A stretch of DNA of 64,000 nucleotides from Sminthopsis crassicaudata. Its lineage: Eukaryota. The DNA lies in contig NC_133618.1 of NCBI RefSeq assembly GCF_048593235.1, positions 610,470,889 to 610,534,888 of the forward strand, given 5' to 3'. A program made the position numbers and the translations under genes. Each line of letters opens with the position of its first letter. Position 1 is the first letter of the stretch. Below, piece by piece: positions 51,679-64,000 of this stretch. Under the pieces are notes generated by a model, which was not told the DNA's origin, made no database searches, and saw nothing but the letters and a program-made list of their open reading frames with translations.

Positions 51679-52668
51679 TTTTTTTTTTGAAATTTTGTAA
51701 AAGCTTTATTTATTTTTATTATAGCTTTTTATTAATAGAACATATGTATGGGTAATTTTTACAACATTGTCCCTTGCACTCCTGTTCCAATTTTTCCCCT
51801 TCTTCCCTCCACCCCCTCCCCTAGATAGCAGGCAGTCTCATACATGTTAAATATGTTAAAGTATATCTTAGATACAATATATGTGTGCAGAATCGAACAG
51901 TTCTCTTGTTGCACAAGAAAAATTGGATTCAGAAGGCAAAAATAACCTGGGAAGAAAAATGCAAGTAGTCCACATTCATTTCCCATTGTTCCTTCTCTGG
52001 GTGTGGCTGATTCTGTCCATCATTGATCAATTGGAACTGGATTAGCTCTTCTCTTTGTTGAAGATATCCACGCCCATCAGAATTAATTATCATACAGTAT
52101 TGTTGTTGAAGTATACAATGATCTCCTGGTCCTGCTCATTTCACTCAGCATCAGTTCATGTCAGTCTCTCCAGGTCTTTCTGAAATCATCCCCCTGGTCA
52201 TTTCTTACAGAACAATAATATTCCATAATATTCATAAACCACAATTTATTCAGCCAATCTCCAATTGCTGGGCATCCACTCAGTTTCCAGCTTCTGGCCA
52301 CCACAAAGAGGGCTGCCACAAACATTTTGGCACATACAGGTTCCTTTCCCTTCTTTAACATTTCTTTGGGACACAAGCCCAGTAGTAGCACTGCTGGATC
52401 AAAAGGTATGCACAGTTTGATGACTTTATGGGCATAGTTCCAAATTGCTCTCCAGAATGGCTGGATTCTTTCACAACTCCACCAACAATGTATCAGTGTC
52501 CCAGTTTTCCCACATCCCCTTCAACATTCATCATCATCTTTTCCTGTCATTTTAGCCGATCTGACAGGTGTGTGGTGGTATCCAGAGTTGTCTTAATTTG
52601 CATTTCTTTGATCAATAGTGATTTGGAACACTCTTTCATATGAGTGGAAATAGTTTCAATTTCATCAG
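51679..52668 (-). mobile_element. 5'-truncated L1 in UBTD1 intron 1
   Basis: ORF2 remnant (CAKMFVAALFVVARSWK), poly(T) at 51676-51689, 9-bp TSD gggaaactt at 51670-51678 and 52669-52677. Confidence 0.92.
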
Positions 52669-54079
52669 GGGAAACTTAGCTTTGTGCTGTCATCCTGACC
52701 TCATCTGAATTCCCTATACTGGGCATCTTAGGAACAATGTACCATTTAGGGAAAATACCATTGGCCCCTGGTATCCTTGCCCAGTTTGGGATTCTCCAGC
52801 TTTCCTTCAGAGCCGAGGAGGCAGAGGTATACCACTTTTACTTTAGGCCTGATTAATCAGCCTTTTAAAATGATCTCCAGAGCAAAGGCTAAGCAATAAT
52901 CTCCGGCAGTAACTAAAACCTAGGCAGAGGAAACTTGGCTAATGCACAGACACTGAAATCTGGGGGCAGATCTCTGCTTTGAGCCAAGGTACTGCCTCCT
53001 TACACCTTGTATTAAAGAGAACATCTTTCCTTTTCTTATTGAGGGAAGTACTTTTCTGATGGAAGCATCTGTCCAGATTTCCTGGCTTAGTAACTAAAGG
53101 AGGTGCAGGTGCAGGATTTAGGATAAAGGAGAGTATCTCCAGAATTAAATTAAAAAAAAATTTTTTTTTCAATGCTGGGATGGCCCTTAGAAAATATTTT
53201 GTGGCTTTTAACTTTCCTATGGTAAGAACGGGGTTGTAGAGGGATTTTATCTGTGTTGGTCTAGTTATCACTGACCCTCTTTGATAAGATTAGCATTTAC
53301 CTCTGGCTTTCGGGGAGCAAAGGGCTTTCCTTGGTTATCTTTTTTGATTTAAAGAGGCCAGTAAGTGCTATCCCCATTTTATGGATAAAGAAACTGGGGC
53401 AGAGAAAAGCTATGTGACTTGCCCAAGGGCAGAGAACTAAGTATCAGAAGCAAGATTTGAGCTGACTGCCAGGCCGGCATCCTATCCATAGTGCTGCCCC
53501 AGGTGAGAAGATCAATGGAGATGTCATGAGAAGCCCAGGTGCCTGGCTCTCCTCATGCTGCCTCCTCCTCCTCCCCCCTTTCCAGCCTAACCCATTTCTA
53601 CCACCACCACCTAAACAAAACAGATCAGCCAGTCAGGGAGGGAACCCAAGGCTCCCATCCCCCCTTGCCTTTTCTCCCTCCCAGGGAGGTGCTCTGTGAG
53701 CCCATTAAGTTTGGGTTCCTAGGAGCCACACAAATAGAAGGTAAACAAACGTCTCCATCTCCTCAAGTTAATGGGCCAGGCTGGAAGCTTCCAAACTCCG
53801 AAACTCAGGGACTTGTCATTGGCCACTAGAGAGGTTTTGAATTTGCTCCTGGTTTCTCAAGAGAATTGATGAAATACAGATTTGTGTTAGGAAAGCACTT
53901 GTGTTGCGTCCATTTTGTTTTCTCTTTGTAATTACTTTTGTATAGCCACAGAATAAATGGAGAATGGGGGACAATTATGTACATAATTAAGGCTTTTTTA
54001 AAAATTTCAAATACCCAAGTGATTGAAAGGAAAATCTGTGTATTTGGGGCTCCACCCCTTCCTTAGTTCATTTCATGTG

Positions 54080-54221
54080 TTTTTTTATTTTTGTTTTTTT
54101 TGGTTGTTTATTGTTGAGGCAATTGGGGTTAAGTGACTTGCCCAGGGTCAAACAGGTGCTAAGACTAGATTTGATCTCAGGTCCTTCTGACTTTAAGGCT
54201 GGTGCTCTATCCTTTGCATCC
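54080..54221 (-). mobile_element. CORE-SINE (WSINE1-like, degraded)
   Basis: gaggcaattggggttaagtgacttgcccagggtca...gctggtgctctatcc. Confidence 0.75.
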
Positions 54222-54291
54222 CATGTTTTGACACAGCTAACACAACCTTTAAGAAGGAGAGTGTACCTGTCTACAGTAAGGACCTAGTTTA

Positions 54292-54385
54292 ACACACACA
54301 CACACACACACACACACACCCCTCTGACACATACACACACCCCACATCTGACACCCCCCCACATCTGACACCCCCACACACATCT
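54292..54385. repeat. (CA)n microsatellite grading into a short tandem repeat (acatctgacacccc-like)
   Basis: Read directly from the sequence. Confidence 0.8.
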
Positions 54386-55274
54386 GGGACCCAGGCCAAA
54401 CCATATAGTTTGAGTTTCCCTGAGGGTTTCTTGGGCCTCCTGATCTATAATCCCCTCCAGTGTTGCCTTCCTTACCCTCTGGTCCCTGAGGATGCTAGCA
54501 GTCTTTGCTTGACAACAGTTCTTTAGAGTTATTGGGAGAACAGCTGAATATAGGGGTACATGGAAACAAGGCTCTGTCTTCTCTTTTCTCCTCCCTATTT
54601 ATAAGGTGATTTTCTGAGACCAGTTTTGAGAGGCCTCACGGTGCTCACGTTGAGCATGTCAGCAAGCCGTTGCTGCGGAATCCCCTGCCGGGTTCTAGCC
54701 TTTTTCTTTTAGGGTGGTCCCTTCCAGCACTGTCTAGGATTTTGGGATTCTGGGATTCTGACTGAAGGGCCCATTCTCTAGTCTGTGTCTATGAATTTAT
54801 GGTGTCTGTCACCAGTGTCCGGTCTTTGGATACTTTGTTCACCACTTTTTATAGGTTTTGTTTCCTGAAAACATTTTTTGAAGCTTCCAGGCGGGGTGCC
54901 TATGAATTTATACAGCCAGAAACATTTTTCACATTTAAAAAGTTTTTGCATATTTTTGTCTGAGCCCCATTTATCTAGTTAGGAGAGTAGCCATTTTAAA
55001 CTTATTCACAATTTACATTGTATTGACTTTCTAATCTTGCTTATGAACTTTTACACTGAAGTTTATTTCCATACCTTGTGTAGCTGAGAGTGACCATGTG
55101 GTATAAAAGACAGAAGGTCTGGCCTGGGGGTCTTCTCCTACACACCGAAGGTGCTGTGGGCGGTGAACAAGGAAGGCGCTTCACCTGCCGGGCCCCAGGC
55201 TTCTCTCCAAGTCAGCTGCAGCTCTGCAGGGGTGGAGGTGTAGTTTCTATCTTGAAAGTTTCCTATACAGATGA

Positions 55275-55662
55275 TGAGGGTTGAAGTCCCTTTGACCTTG
55301 ATTCACAAATCCTGGTCAAAGGCACCCTTTGAATATCCGGGCCCAGCCCCCACTCTCAGCTCAGCTTCCCCCAGCCCTCACCTGATCTGAGCTAACTGAA
55401 AAGCCCACTGAGAACTTAGGGGTACCGCCCATCATCTTTTGGGTATAAAAGAGGTGACCCGGAACGCCCTCATTGCAGGAACCCTCCCCGCCAACACAGG
55501 GTATCCTTCCAGCCATGTAAGGGTTCCTGCCCGCCAGCGGCCACCTCTGGCCCTGACGTCTTTCTAACTGAGCTTTACTTCCAAATTCCTACAATAAACC
55601 TTTTATTTGTCAATCTAGGTTTTCAGGCCTGTAAATTTATTTACAGGGGACACTGCTCCTCA
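55275..55662 (+). mobile_element. Probable solo LTR, sense to UBTD1
   Basis: Termini tgagg...cctca, TATAAAA at 55444-55450, AATAAA at 55593-55598 in U3-R-U5 order. No clean TSD found. Confidence 0.6.
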
Positions 55663-58078
55663 TGGGATTATCTATGGGCCTAGAAATGGGGTTCCCCCTT
55701 TCCTTTTCCTCATTACAGATATCTAGACAAAAGCATCCCATCGATTCCTTCTAAGTTCTTATTAAGGTTTATTTGTCTGTTCCTTCTCTCTCACTTTTCC
55801 CCTCCTATCCTGTTTCTTGTGCACTCCTTGCTTTTACTTGTTTCTCTCCCCCCCCCCCGCCCCCACATTTTGATAAAAGCTGTTCCTGATTTGTGTTCCT
55901 TGATTTTAATTGCATCACTATCCCGAACGGGTCACAATTTCCCCATTCTTGTATATTTAGATTGCTTCTAGATTTCTGCAAGCACATGCATAAATAGGGT
56001 TAGAATAGAGCCACTTTTAAATAAGGAGACATATCAAATCAGACGTTTATGGCAGATCTATTGTATTCCACTGTCATTCTTTTTGTGGCTGCTTGGTGGT
56101 ATGCCCAAAAACTCTCTCTTTTTCCCCATCCCAGTGGGTAAGAACCTCCCTGGGCTTACTCTTTCAGCCATGCTTTATTCCCCCTATCTTCTCAGCTTGC
56201 CTCAGCTTGCCTCCTCTCAGTATCTTTGCCCATTCAAATCTGCTTTCTACTTCTGGAACCATAATCAGTTCCATTCTGTTATTACTCCTAGAAAGGTTTT
56301 GTCAGTCTGTTCTCCTGTCTCCTCTCAAGAACCCTGGTAACTTTTCCTCACCAAAATACCTTCCCAGCCACACTTTGAAAAGTGCCAATGGTTTTCTTTG
56401 TTAGAATTTGAGCTCCTGGAAGGCAGGGACAGCTTCCCTTTGCATTTGTCTACCCAGTGTTTGACCCTTCCCGTGCCCTGTCATTGGACCCTTAGGACTC
56501 CAGAGGCTTGCCCATCTGTAATTCTTAAATTAATTCTCTCCTTCACTTAGAGTGTGAGAGCCTTGGAAGTAAAAATTGTCAAGATTTGTCTTGTGCCCCC
56601 TCCTTAGCAGCTTCCTTCTTAATAGTTTTAATTCATTTATAAAGCATTGGCGTAGTAGCTGCTCCTGGCTTGGCTCCAGACCCAGGGTAACCCCTGCTCT
56701 CTGCAGGGGTTTTATGTCCAAAGTGGGGCTCCTCTTGTTTGCTCTGTGGCCTTTTCCCATTAGAGCCCTGGTATCAGCTTCACTTTTGAGCCTATTTGGT
56801 ATCACTTTCTTGTGCTGAGGAAGGGGATCTGGGGTCATGAGTGCCATGGTGCTTTGCTTATTTCTATGACTATTGAAGAGTTTGTTCTTGCACATCGCCC
56901 TCTCCCTCCCTTCCCATTGCCTTCCCTCTCTTTCTGTAGAAGACTCCAAAGGGCTTTTTGTTTAACCCACTGAATTAAGACTCGAGTTTAAAAAAAAAAA
57001 AAGCAACTTTGCCCCTGGATACTGTAGCTCTCAGCAAGTCCCTAAGTAGGTAGACAGTGGAAGTCAGACTAAAGGAAGTAGGGCTTGCTGAGCCCAGGAC
57101 TGTCTTGATGATGATAGCTTGGGTTTTTTGGTGCATTTTGGGTGCAAAGCATTTTCTTATGTTACTTGATTGTCTTTACCCTATGAACCTGGAGGTTTAT
57201 ACTTGGGAAAATAGGTTTTGAGAGGCTAGAGGACTAGTCCAGGATCATAGATTTTTTTCATAAGTCACAGAACCAGCAGTAATCCAAGTCAAATTTTCCT
57301 CCCTGGTCCACACAGCCTCCTTTCTTGAAAATAGCACAGTAAGGGCAGTGATGAATCTGCCAGGTTTTATTGGTAGCACCTCATGCCTGGGGTTGTTGGA
57401 CAACTTGGAGAACCAAAAGAGATCGGTGTCACAAAAACACAATACACATTGCACAGGGGTGAGAATTGAGTGAAGGGAGAAGAATCCAATTTTGATTTTT
57501 ATTCTTTTAAGAAAAATGTTAAATCTCAACTTAAACATCAAAAAAGAACATTTCCATACACAGCAGCAGAAACCCAAGAGAAAATTCTAGATAAAATCAT
57601 GAATTTGTATTTCATACCACTTGCTTTTTTAAACATACATACATGTATATATAAAATCAATTCCCACACTTTAAAAACTTTCTTCCTTGTTGGTGCTTTC
57701 TTTTAAATTTTTGTTCTCTTCTGTGTAGTTAAAAAAAAAGTGACAATGGCCTTTTTTTGAGGGGGGGAGAATCATTGCTAGACCCCTTTCAATCCTGGAC
57801 CATTCCATCCCTCTAACGAATTGAGGGAGAAGAAAAAAGAAAAGCCATGTAATAAATAGTCACACAAAACCCATCCTCATATTGGCCATGTACAAAGATT
57901 TGTGAGTCTGTACCTTATGTCTAGCGCTTCTCAGGATTGAATAGCATTCTTTCATTATAGCCTCCGGAGAGTGGTCGGAGTTATTAAATCTTTCAGCATT
58001 TTCTTTATGATGTGTAAAGGTCTACTTACTTTAGTCTTTAGTTCATATGATAGATGGGTCCTCTGAAAGCAGGCATTT

Positions 58079-58238
58079 TTTTTTCCCCTGAGGCTGAGGT
58101 TAAGTGACTTGCCCAGGGTCACACAGCTAGGAAGTGTTAAGTGTCTGAGGTCACATTTGAACTCAGGTCCTCCTGACTTCAGGGCTGATGCTCTGTGCAG
58201 TGGACAGTGTTCTGTCCACTGCAACATCTAGCTGCCCC
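58079..58238 (-). mobile_element. WSINE1-type SINE with an internal inverted duplication
   Basis: 12-bp TSD aagcaggcattt at 58067-58078 and 58239-58250. Confidence 0.9.
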
Positions 58239-58699
58239 AAGCAGGCATTTCTTACAGCATAATCTCACCCCATTCCATTCCTATACATTCTTCAGTTGTG
58301 TAAGAGGGAGTCTTATGCGTCCTCCCTCCCATAAGGGGGGGTCTTTGTCATTCTCCTCCCTTTCAGTCACCTCTTCTGGAAGTTTTGCTATTGACTGATT
58401 ATTGTCCCTCTTGTATTATCCTTCTCTTAATCTAACCTCAATACCTCTCTCCCCCTGTGTCTGTCAGAATTCTCCCATTTGCACATTTCAGATAAGAGTG
58501 GTGCTCATGTCCTGCCTATTGCTCAATCCCTTTTTCTATGTAATTATTAATCATGAATTCCACTTAGACCAAATCAAAGATGGGAAAATGTCCTGCCTTT
58601 TCCTATGCTTCTTTTACATTCCCTTCAAAGCCTCTCCCCAGGTACTGCTTCCCACAGTCCCCTCCCCATATTTTCTTATTTCATTGTCTCAGAATCCTT

Positions 58700-59700
58700 T
58701 ATAGACATTAAGGTTCTGAAGGAACCTTTGTTTCTTCTCTCCTATTGATTGATTAGTAGTAATCAATCAGCATACAACGCCTTCCAATTGTTGAAGCAAA
58801 CTTGCCTTTCTGGATTTCTCTGGTCTTCTCTTCAGAAATAATTGAAAATCTTCTGTTTCATTAAAGATCCATTTTTCTCCCATTAGGATTATTCTCAGCT
58901 TTGCAGGGATAATTGCTTGGTAGCAAACCTATCTCTTGTGCTCTTTGGGGCATATTATGTTCCAGCATCTCCTTTGGTTTCCAGGTCTTATGTGATCTGG
59001 ATGGTCCTTCCTTTGTCCTTTAACTGCTTTCTGGATGCTTACACAGTTTTTTCTTTGACATGAGAGCTTTGAATTTGGTTTGTGACATAACTTGGACTTT
59101 AGGGGTTTCTTTAGGAGTTTTACCTTTACATTTCCTTCTGGTTCTAATGATCTGGGCAGGTTTCATTTATAATGTCTTGAAATATACTGTCTAGGCTTTA
59201 AAAACTTTATTTTGGCAAAAAGCATGGATTTCAGAGTCAAATGATTCTTAAATCATCTCTCTCCTTGATCTGTTCTCCAAGTCAAATGTGTTACTTTTCT
59301 TTTTCATTCTCAATTTTTTTTTTTTTTTTGTCTCATTTGATATCTGTTTGGTCTATTATAATTTTCAGGGTTTCTTGGGTTAGGTTGACTCTCTTTTTCT
59401 AAGTTACTTTTTCTTCTGATTTTTTTTCCTTCAGTGAATTTTTCCCCTTTCCTTCATCTTTAGCCTTGTTTCTTCTAGGTATGTATGTAGTCTGTGGAAA
59501 TTTTCTTTTCTTTTCATTCTTTGTTTGCAGTTCCTACCTTGTGTGAGGATCTCCAGAACTACATAGAACAGTGTTCAATGCTTGTTAGTATTTTGCTCAT
59601 TTCTCCTGCTTTCATGACTGAGCTGGGGCTCTGTCAGGGCCAAGTTCTGCTCTGCGGACCTCAGAGCCCTTGGGCTGTGCCCCATTTTAGTTTAAGTGTT
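58700..59700 (-). mobile_element. Old antisense L1 (ORF1-region) remnants; boundaries approximate
   Basis: ttcatttataatgtcttgaaatatactgtctaggct...atgattcttaaatcatctctctccttgatctgtt resembles the reverse of marsupial L1 ORF1 as I recall it. Confidence 0.5.
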
Positions 59701-62700
59701 TTGTTCCCTTAGTGGTCTTTGGGGCTTCCTGGTTCCCTACTTTGGAGCTTCTTAGGGAAGTTGTAACCAGATACAAAACAGAATGGTTGAGACCCTTTGG
59801 TCCTACTAGAAGGCTACCTAGTGCTAATATGGAGTTCTCTGAAGGATTGAGGGGGAAGCCTCACTTTTTGTGTAATTTTGGGGTAGAAGATGTCATTTCT
59901 TGTAGTTTAGCTGACAAGGGGAGAAGAAAAATAAGAATTGCTAGGTGGGTGCTAAGATTTCTTAGGAATGGAGATATACTTGGGTTTGTTTACTTGCAAC
60001 CGAGGAGTTAGCGGAAGGTATTGAGATTAGAGAAGGGGAAATGGAAATCAGTAATCTGCTAAAGAAGGTGATCTGGAGGGATGGTATCAAGGTTATATGT
60101 AAAAGACTTGATCTTGGTGAACTGTGTTGAGTGTTTAGGGGTGGGGAAGGGGAAGGGAGGTTGAATTTTTTTTGTGTGTTGAGATAGTAAAGGGAGCAGC
60201 TTCATAAGAAGGAAAGTTGGGGGATATGGGAGCGGGAAGAACAAAGGGATTTGAAACCTTCATCCTTAACCCAGACAGACAGAAGGATAAAATTCCTCCA
60301 GATTATGGAAAAGAAAGGACATTCCTGGTAGGAGGGAGGGGACACACAAAGGCATAAGGGACTAGGATTGAGTTACATTCGGTTTCATTAATTTCTTGCT
60401 TCTTTTGTGCAGAGCACTATACTAAAAACAAAATAATATCCTTTATATAGCTATTTCACCCAAGTTATTGCATTTGATCCTCACAAGTCTCTGAGATAGG
60501 AGTGCTGTTATTATCCCAAATTTACAGATCAAGGAACTGAAACTGAGAGTTTAAATGACTAGCACAGACAGGCTGGACAACTCTGAAAGCCACAGGTTAA
60601 ACTTACTATATAATCAGAAAAGCAAACTGCACACACTGGAGATCTGCTTTGTCATGGAAAATTCTTCTTTTTCTGCTTTACCAAGTGTATGGAAATACCC
60701 ATATTATTTGGTATTTATTAAATTTAGAAAAACATTTTGAGTGCATCTGAGCTCTTCCATATTTTATTAGCATTGTACTCTGTCATCTAGCCTTGCCCTT
60801 AAGATGTGTGTGGACACTTGTAAAAGATAGCACCTCAGACTGCAGCCAGGAGCCCTTTAGGAAGCTCTGGTGTCTTGGTCTTGGCTATTTACATGGTTAA
60901 TCTTTGATGGGGGTTAATGATACTCTGTTGTCAGATGTAAGGGAACAGAAAGATGTCACCCACTTTCTACCTGACCCTCTGATCCGTCCTTTGAAACAAG
61001 AGACAGTTAAAAGAACTTTTGACTGCTCCAGTTCAAGCATGTTCATAAAACAAAATAAATACAGCAAAGAAGTTCTGAGTTTAGATAAATTAGCAATTCT
61101 CTTAGTATCTGGCTCTCTGGTGTTTGCATCCCAGAATAACTCACATGTTCTGCTCAGACTGACCTTTTAGGAAAGTGACCATTCCTTCTCTACCATCCAT
61201 TCTCTTTTAGTTATTAAATGAACTTAAATGTATCTTTCTTTTGCTATTACTTGTCATCCCCTTTCCCAGTACACACACAGTGAGACATAAAATAACTTAA
61301 ACAGGCCACTATGCATCAGGACCCTCTCTAGGTATTGGCAATATGGCTCTTTAGTGTCCAAGGATGGAAGTGTGGTTCGGGGAAAACTATGAGACTGGTT
61401 CAAGTAGAATTCTAGCGTGAATGAAGTAGAGAGCAATAGAGATAAAATTGAATAAAAAGGGTGAGTCTGACAAAAGAGGGTCCCTTGAAATACCAAGTTT
61501 AACAGTTTAGATTGATGCTTTAGTCAGTTTGAGAGCCAAATTCCAAAATTGGAAGGTTTTTGATTAGTAGAGAAATGTGATTGAAGATGTTTTAACATTG
61601 ATCTGGTAGTCATTCAGGATAGGTTGAAGGAGGGAGACTGGAGGAAGGGTAAAGATATCAGTCTTTGCACAGGGTTATAAGGACCTCAATTTAGGATTAT
61701 AAGAAAAGAGATAAATCCAAAGACATTTTAAAGGAAGAATTCAAATAATTGTGTGACAAATTTGTTGTATCTGATGATGAGAAAAGGCTTTATGGAAGAA
61801 TAGTGGTACAGTTTTCATAAACAAGAATTTTTTACAGGGATTTGGTTTAGGGAAGATGGGAATGTAGCCAGAAGGAACAGTCAAGAGCAAATAGCTGGGG
61901 TTTTTAGGGTTTGGAAAAATCTAATTATCCATGGTTAAAAGTACCTTGTAAAAGGAGGGGGAAGGGAGGAAGATTGTAGCTGTTAAGAGAAGGGAGGATT
62001 GGTTTGAAAATAGGACCCTAAATTCCAGAGGAATTTAGAATATAAGCAAAAGATTTAGTTTTTGAAAGAAAGAGAAAATAATTTTGTTCTCAGAGACTAA
62101 AAGAAAGAGTTAAAAAGGTAGCTGGTGTACTCAGACCTTCCCTGATTGTCTAGTGGGATTTTTAAAATGCTTAGCATAGTGCCCAGCACATAATAAGCAT
62201 TCTATAGATGCCAGCTATTATTATCATCATCATTGTTATTAATTATTATTATTATTATGGCTCAAGATGACCTAGAGCCTCAGGTTATCCAAAGCCTTTG
62301 AAAGGAAAGGAGTGTTTTATGTCTCGAATCTAAAGTCTTGTTTCCTCTCTCCTGACTCAGATCCTTCTTCAGATACTCTGAAGTGGACATAGTTGCTTAC
62401 AATTGTCCCTAGTTAGAAGTCTTTTTGGGTAATAACTTTGTTTCCTGTCCCCAGCAAACAGGAGTCTGAATCCTTTCCTGATGTTCTTGAATTGTCCAGC
62501 ATGGGGGATTCCATGCTCTCCCACAGAAGGCTAGCCAGGCTCTACAGTGCTCATTCTTCCTTCCTTTTCCCATCCTCAGTGGTGCCTGGGCTTTCTTATC
62601 CCATAGCAGTTAAGGGACAGCTTTCTTGCTTTGGACACTTTTCTTCCAAAAGCTCACTTTTGTTAATTTTTTGTCCCCTCAAGCTGCTGTTTTAACTAGA

Positions 62701-63239
62701 AGCATGTGGTTTACTCTAATCTTCTTATGAGTGAGGATTTGGGCTTGGTCAGGCCTCTTAAATCAAGGCCCAGCCCTAGGCCAGGGCATGCCCCCAGCTT
62801 TTTCTGGCCCATTACTATGGCATATTCTCTCATGTTTTTCCCCCTCTCTCTTAACTAGCAGTTATTTTATCTATCACCATTCAAAGTTTCTCTGCCCCAG
62901 AACCTCACTGTTTGTGCTGTGTTTTCTCCCTCACCCTACATTGAACTTTGTAATACTTCCTTGGTTTATCCTGTTCACCTTTTCTTAGAGATATTTCCTG
63001 TATTTACTGATATTGAATTGGAAATTCAAGAATAGTTTGAATTACCAGATGAGTTGGAGAGTGTCATGGCGGGGAGGGGAAGGGGGTGTGTGTGAAGAAC
63101 ACAACTTGGAATTCAAATCTTGGTTTTTTTGATATGAGCATGAGAATGTAAGCTCCTTGGGGGTAGGAACTTTTCTTTATATCTTTATATCCCCAGTTCG
63201 TTGATTGCATTGTGGTTGGTTGTGGGGCTCTTTTGGTGT

Positions 63240-63540
63240 TTTTAAATAGACCTATATGTTTAAAAGTGTTTACAGTAGCACTTTTGATGGTAGCAAAGAA
63301 TTGAAAATTAGGGGCTCCCCGTGGTAGGGCAATAGCTGAACAAATTATGGCACATGAATGTAATGGAATACTACCAGCAACATTGCAGAAATAGACAACT
63401 TTCGAAAAAGTAGGATCAGTGCAGTGCCAACCAGGATTCTAGAAACCCATGGTCACAAAGCATAGCCCTGACTAATGTAATGGACTCAAGATGTAGGGTG
63501 CAGAATGAGACATTTTTGGGACCTATACAATGCAGGAACC
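63240..63540 (+). mobile_element. Degraded L1 3' fragment
   Basis: agtagcacttttgatggtagcaaagaattgaaaattagggg...aacaaattatggcacatgaatgtaatggaatac. Confidence 0.6.
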
Positions 63541-64000
63541 TTGTCTCTGAAACTTAATTTGACAGAGCCGTGAGCACCCTTGAAACCTCTCAAACTCTGG
63601 GCTATCTCTGGCAATGTGTGTGTCAACCTCATTATCAATGTGGACATCCTGGAAAGTGAACTTACTCCCAGCATTCAAAACTTCTCCTGCTGCTACTTGT
63701 CCCCTAGGCTAGTGACTGTACTGGGCTGATCACTTCTTCACTCCTCTCCATTTCCTCATCTATTAAATACATGTTGGACTAGATGACCTTTCCTGGTTGT
63801 CAGTTAGATGATCCTGTCTCCAGGTTCTGACTTCAGGGGAAAGGAACACAAGTTTTGGCTAGATAGAGCTAGACCTGTGACTCATACCTTCTGAAGTAAT
63901 TGAACCAGTCCTAGCCAGGAATCTCTTTTCTAATTTGACTTAGAAAATGCTGCAGGATTGCGGAGTTATCTTTAAGGCTTTAAGGCCTGTCCTTTTTTTT

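Noticed and set aside
54420-55070. Possible ERV/LTR-derived block upstream of the 55275 LTR
   Set aside because: No termini, TSD, PBS or retroviral protein motifs could be identified by eye.
56689-56711. 9-bp hairpin aacccctgc/gcaggggtt
   Set aside because: It does not extend, and a stem this short is expected by chance in 64 kb.
56530-56949. 139-aa ORF containing NFYFQG (TEV-site-like), with an 80-aa ORF opposite
   Set aside because: No recognisable family or splice context. The short motif match is compatible with chance.

Overview
Marsupial (probably dasyurid) genomic DNA, judged from WSINE1/MAR1-type CORE-SINEs, marsupial L1 3' ends and an OC1-like hAT MITE. It is syntenic with human 10q24.1. 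Gene order: PGAM1 (+, last 2 exons) >< EXOSC1 (-, 8 exons) <> ZDHHC16 (+, 10 coding exons, 377 aa) >< MMS19 (-, 31 exons, 1027 aa) <> UBTD1 (+, first coding exon, then intron 1 to the window end). Exon boundaries were read by hand; all introns are GT-AG and the spliced frames close. Orthology calls rest on my recollection of the mammalian proteins, not on a database search. Two CpG islands act as bidirectional promoters. There is one 193-N gap in MMS19 intron 1. No rRNA, tRNA or CRISPR is present, and I found no convincing new multi-gene system. Best leads: (1) EXOSC1's expected start ATG is out of frame by one base; (2) a transposon nest between PGAM1 and EXOSC1, where the same L1 3'UTR site carries a perfect 24-bp palindrome in one copy and a hAT MITE in its sibling; (3) unexplained splice signals and a local duplication in the ZDHHC16 5'UTR intron; (4) inverted L1s bracketing MMS19 exons 2-23; (5) a motif-rich sense LTR in UBTD1 intron 1.
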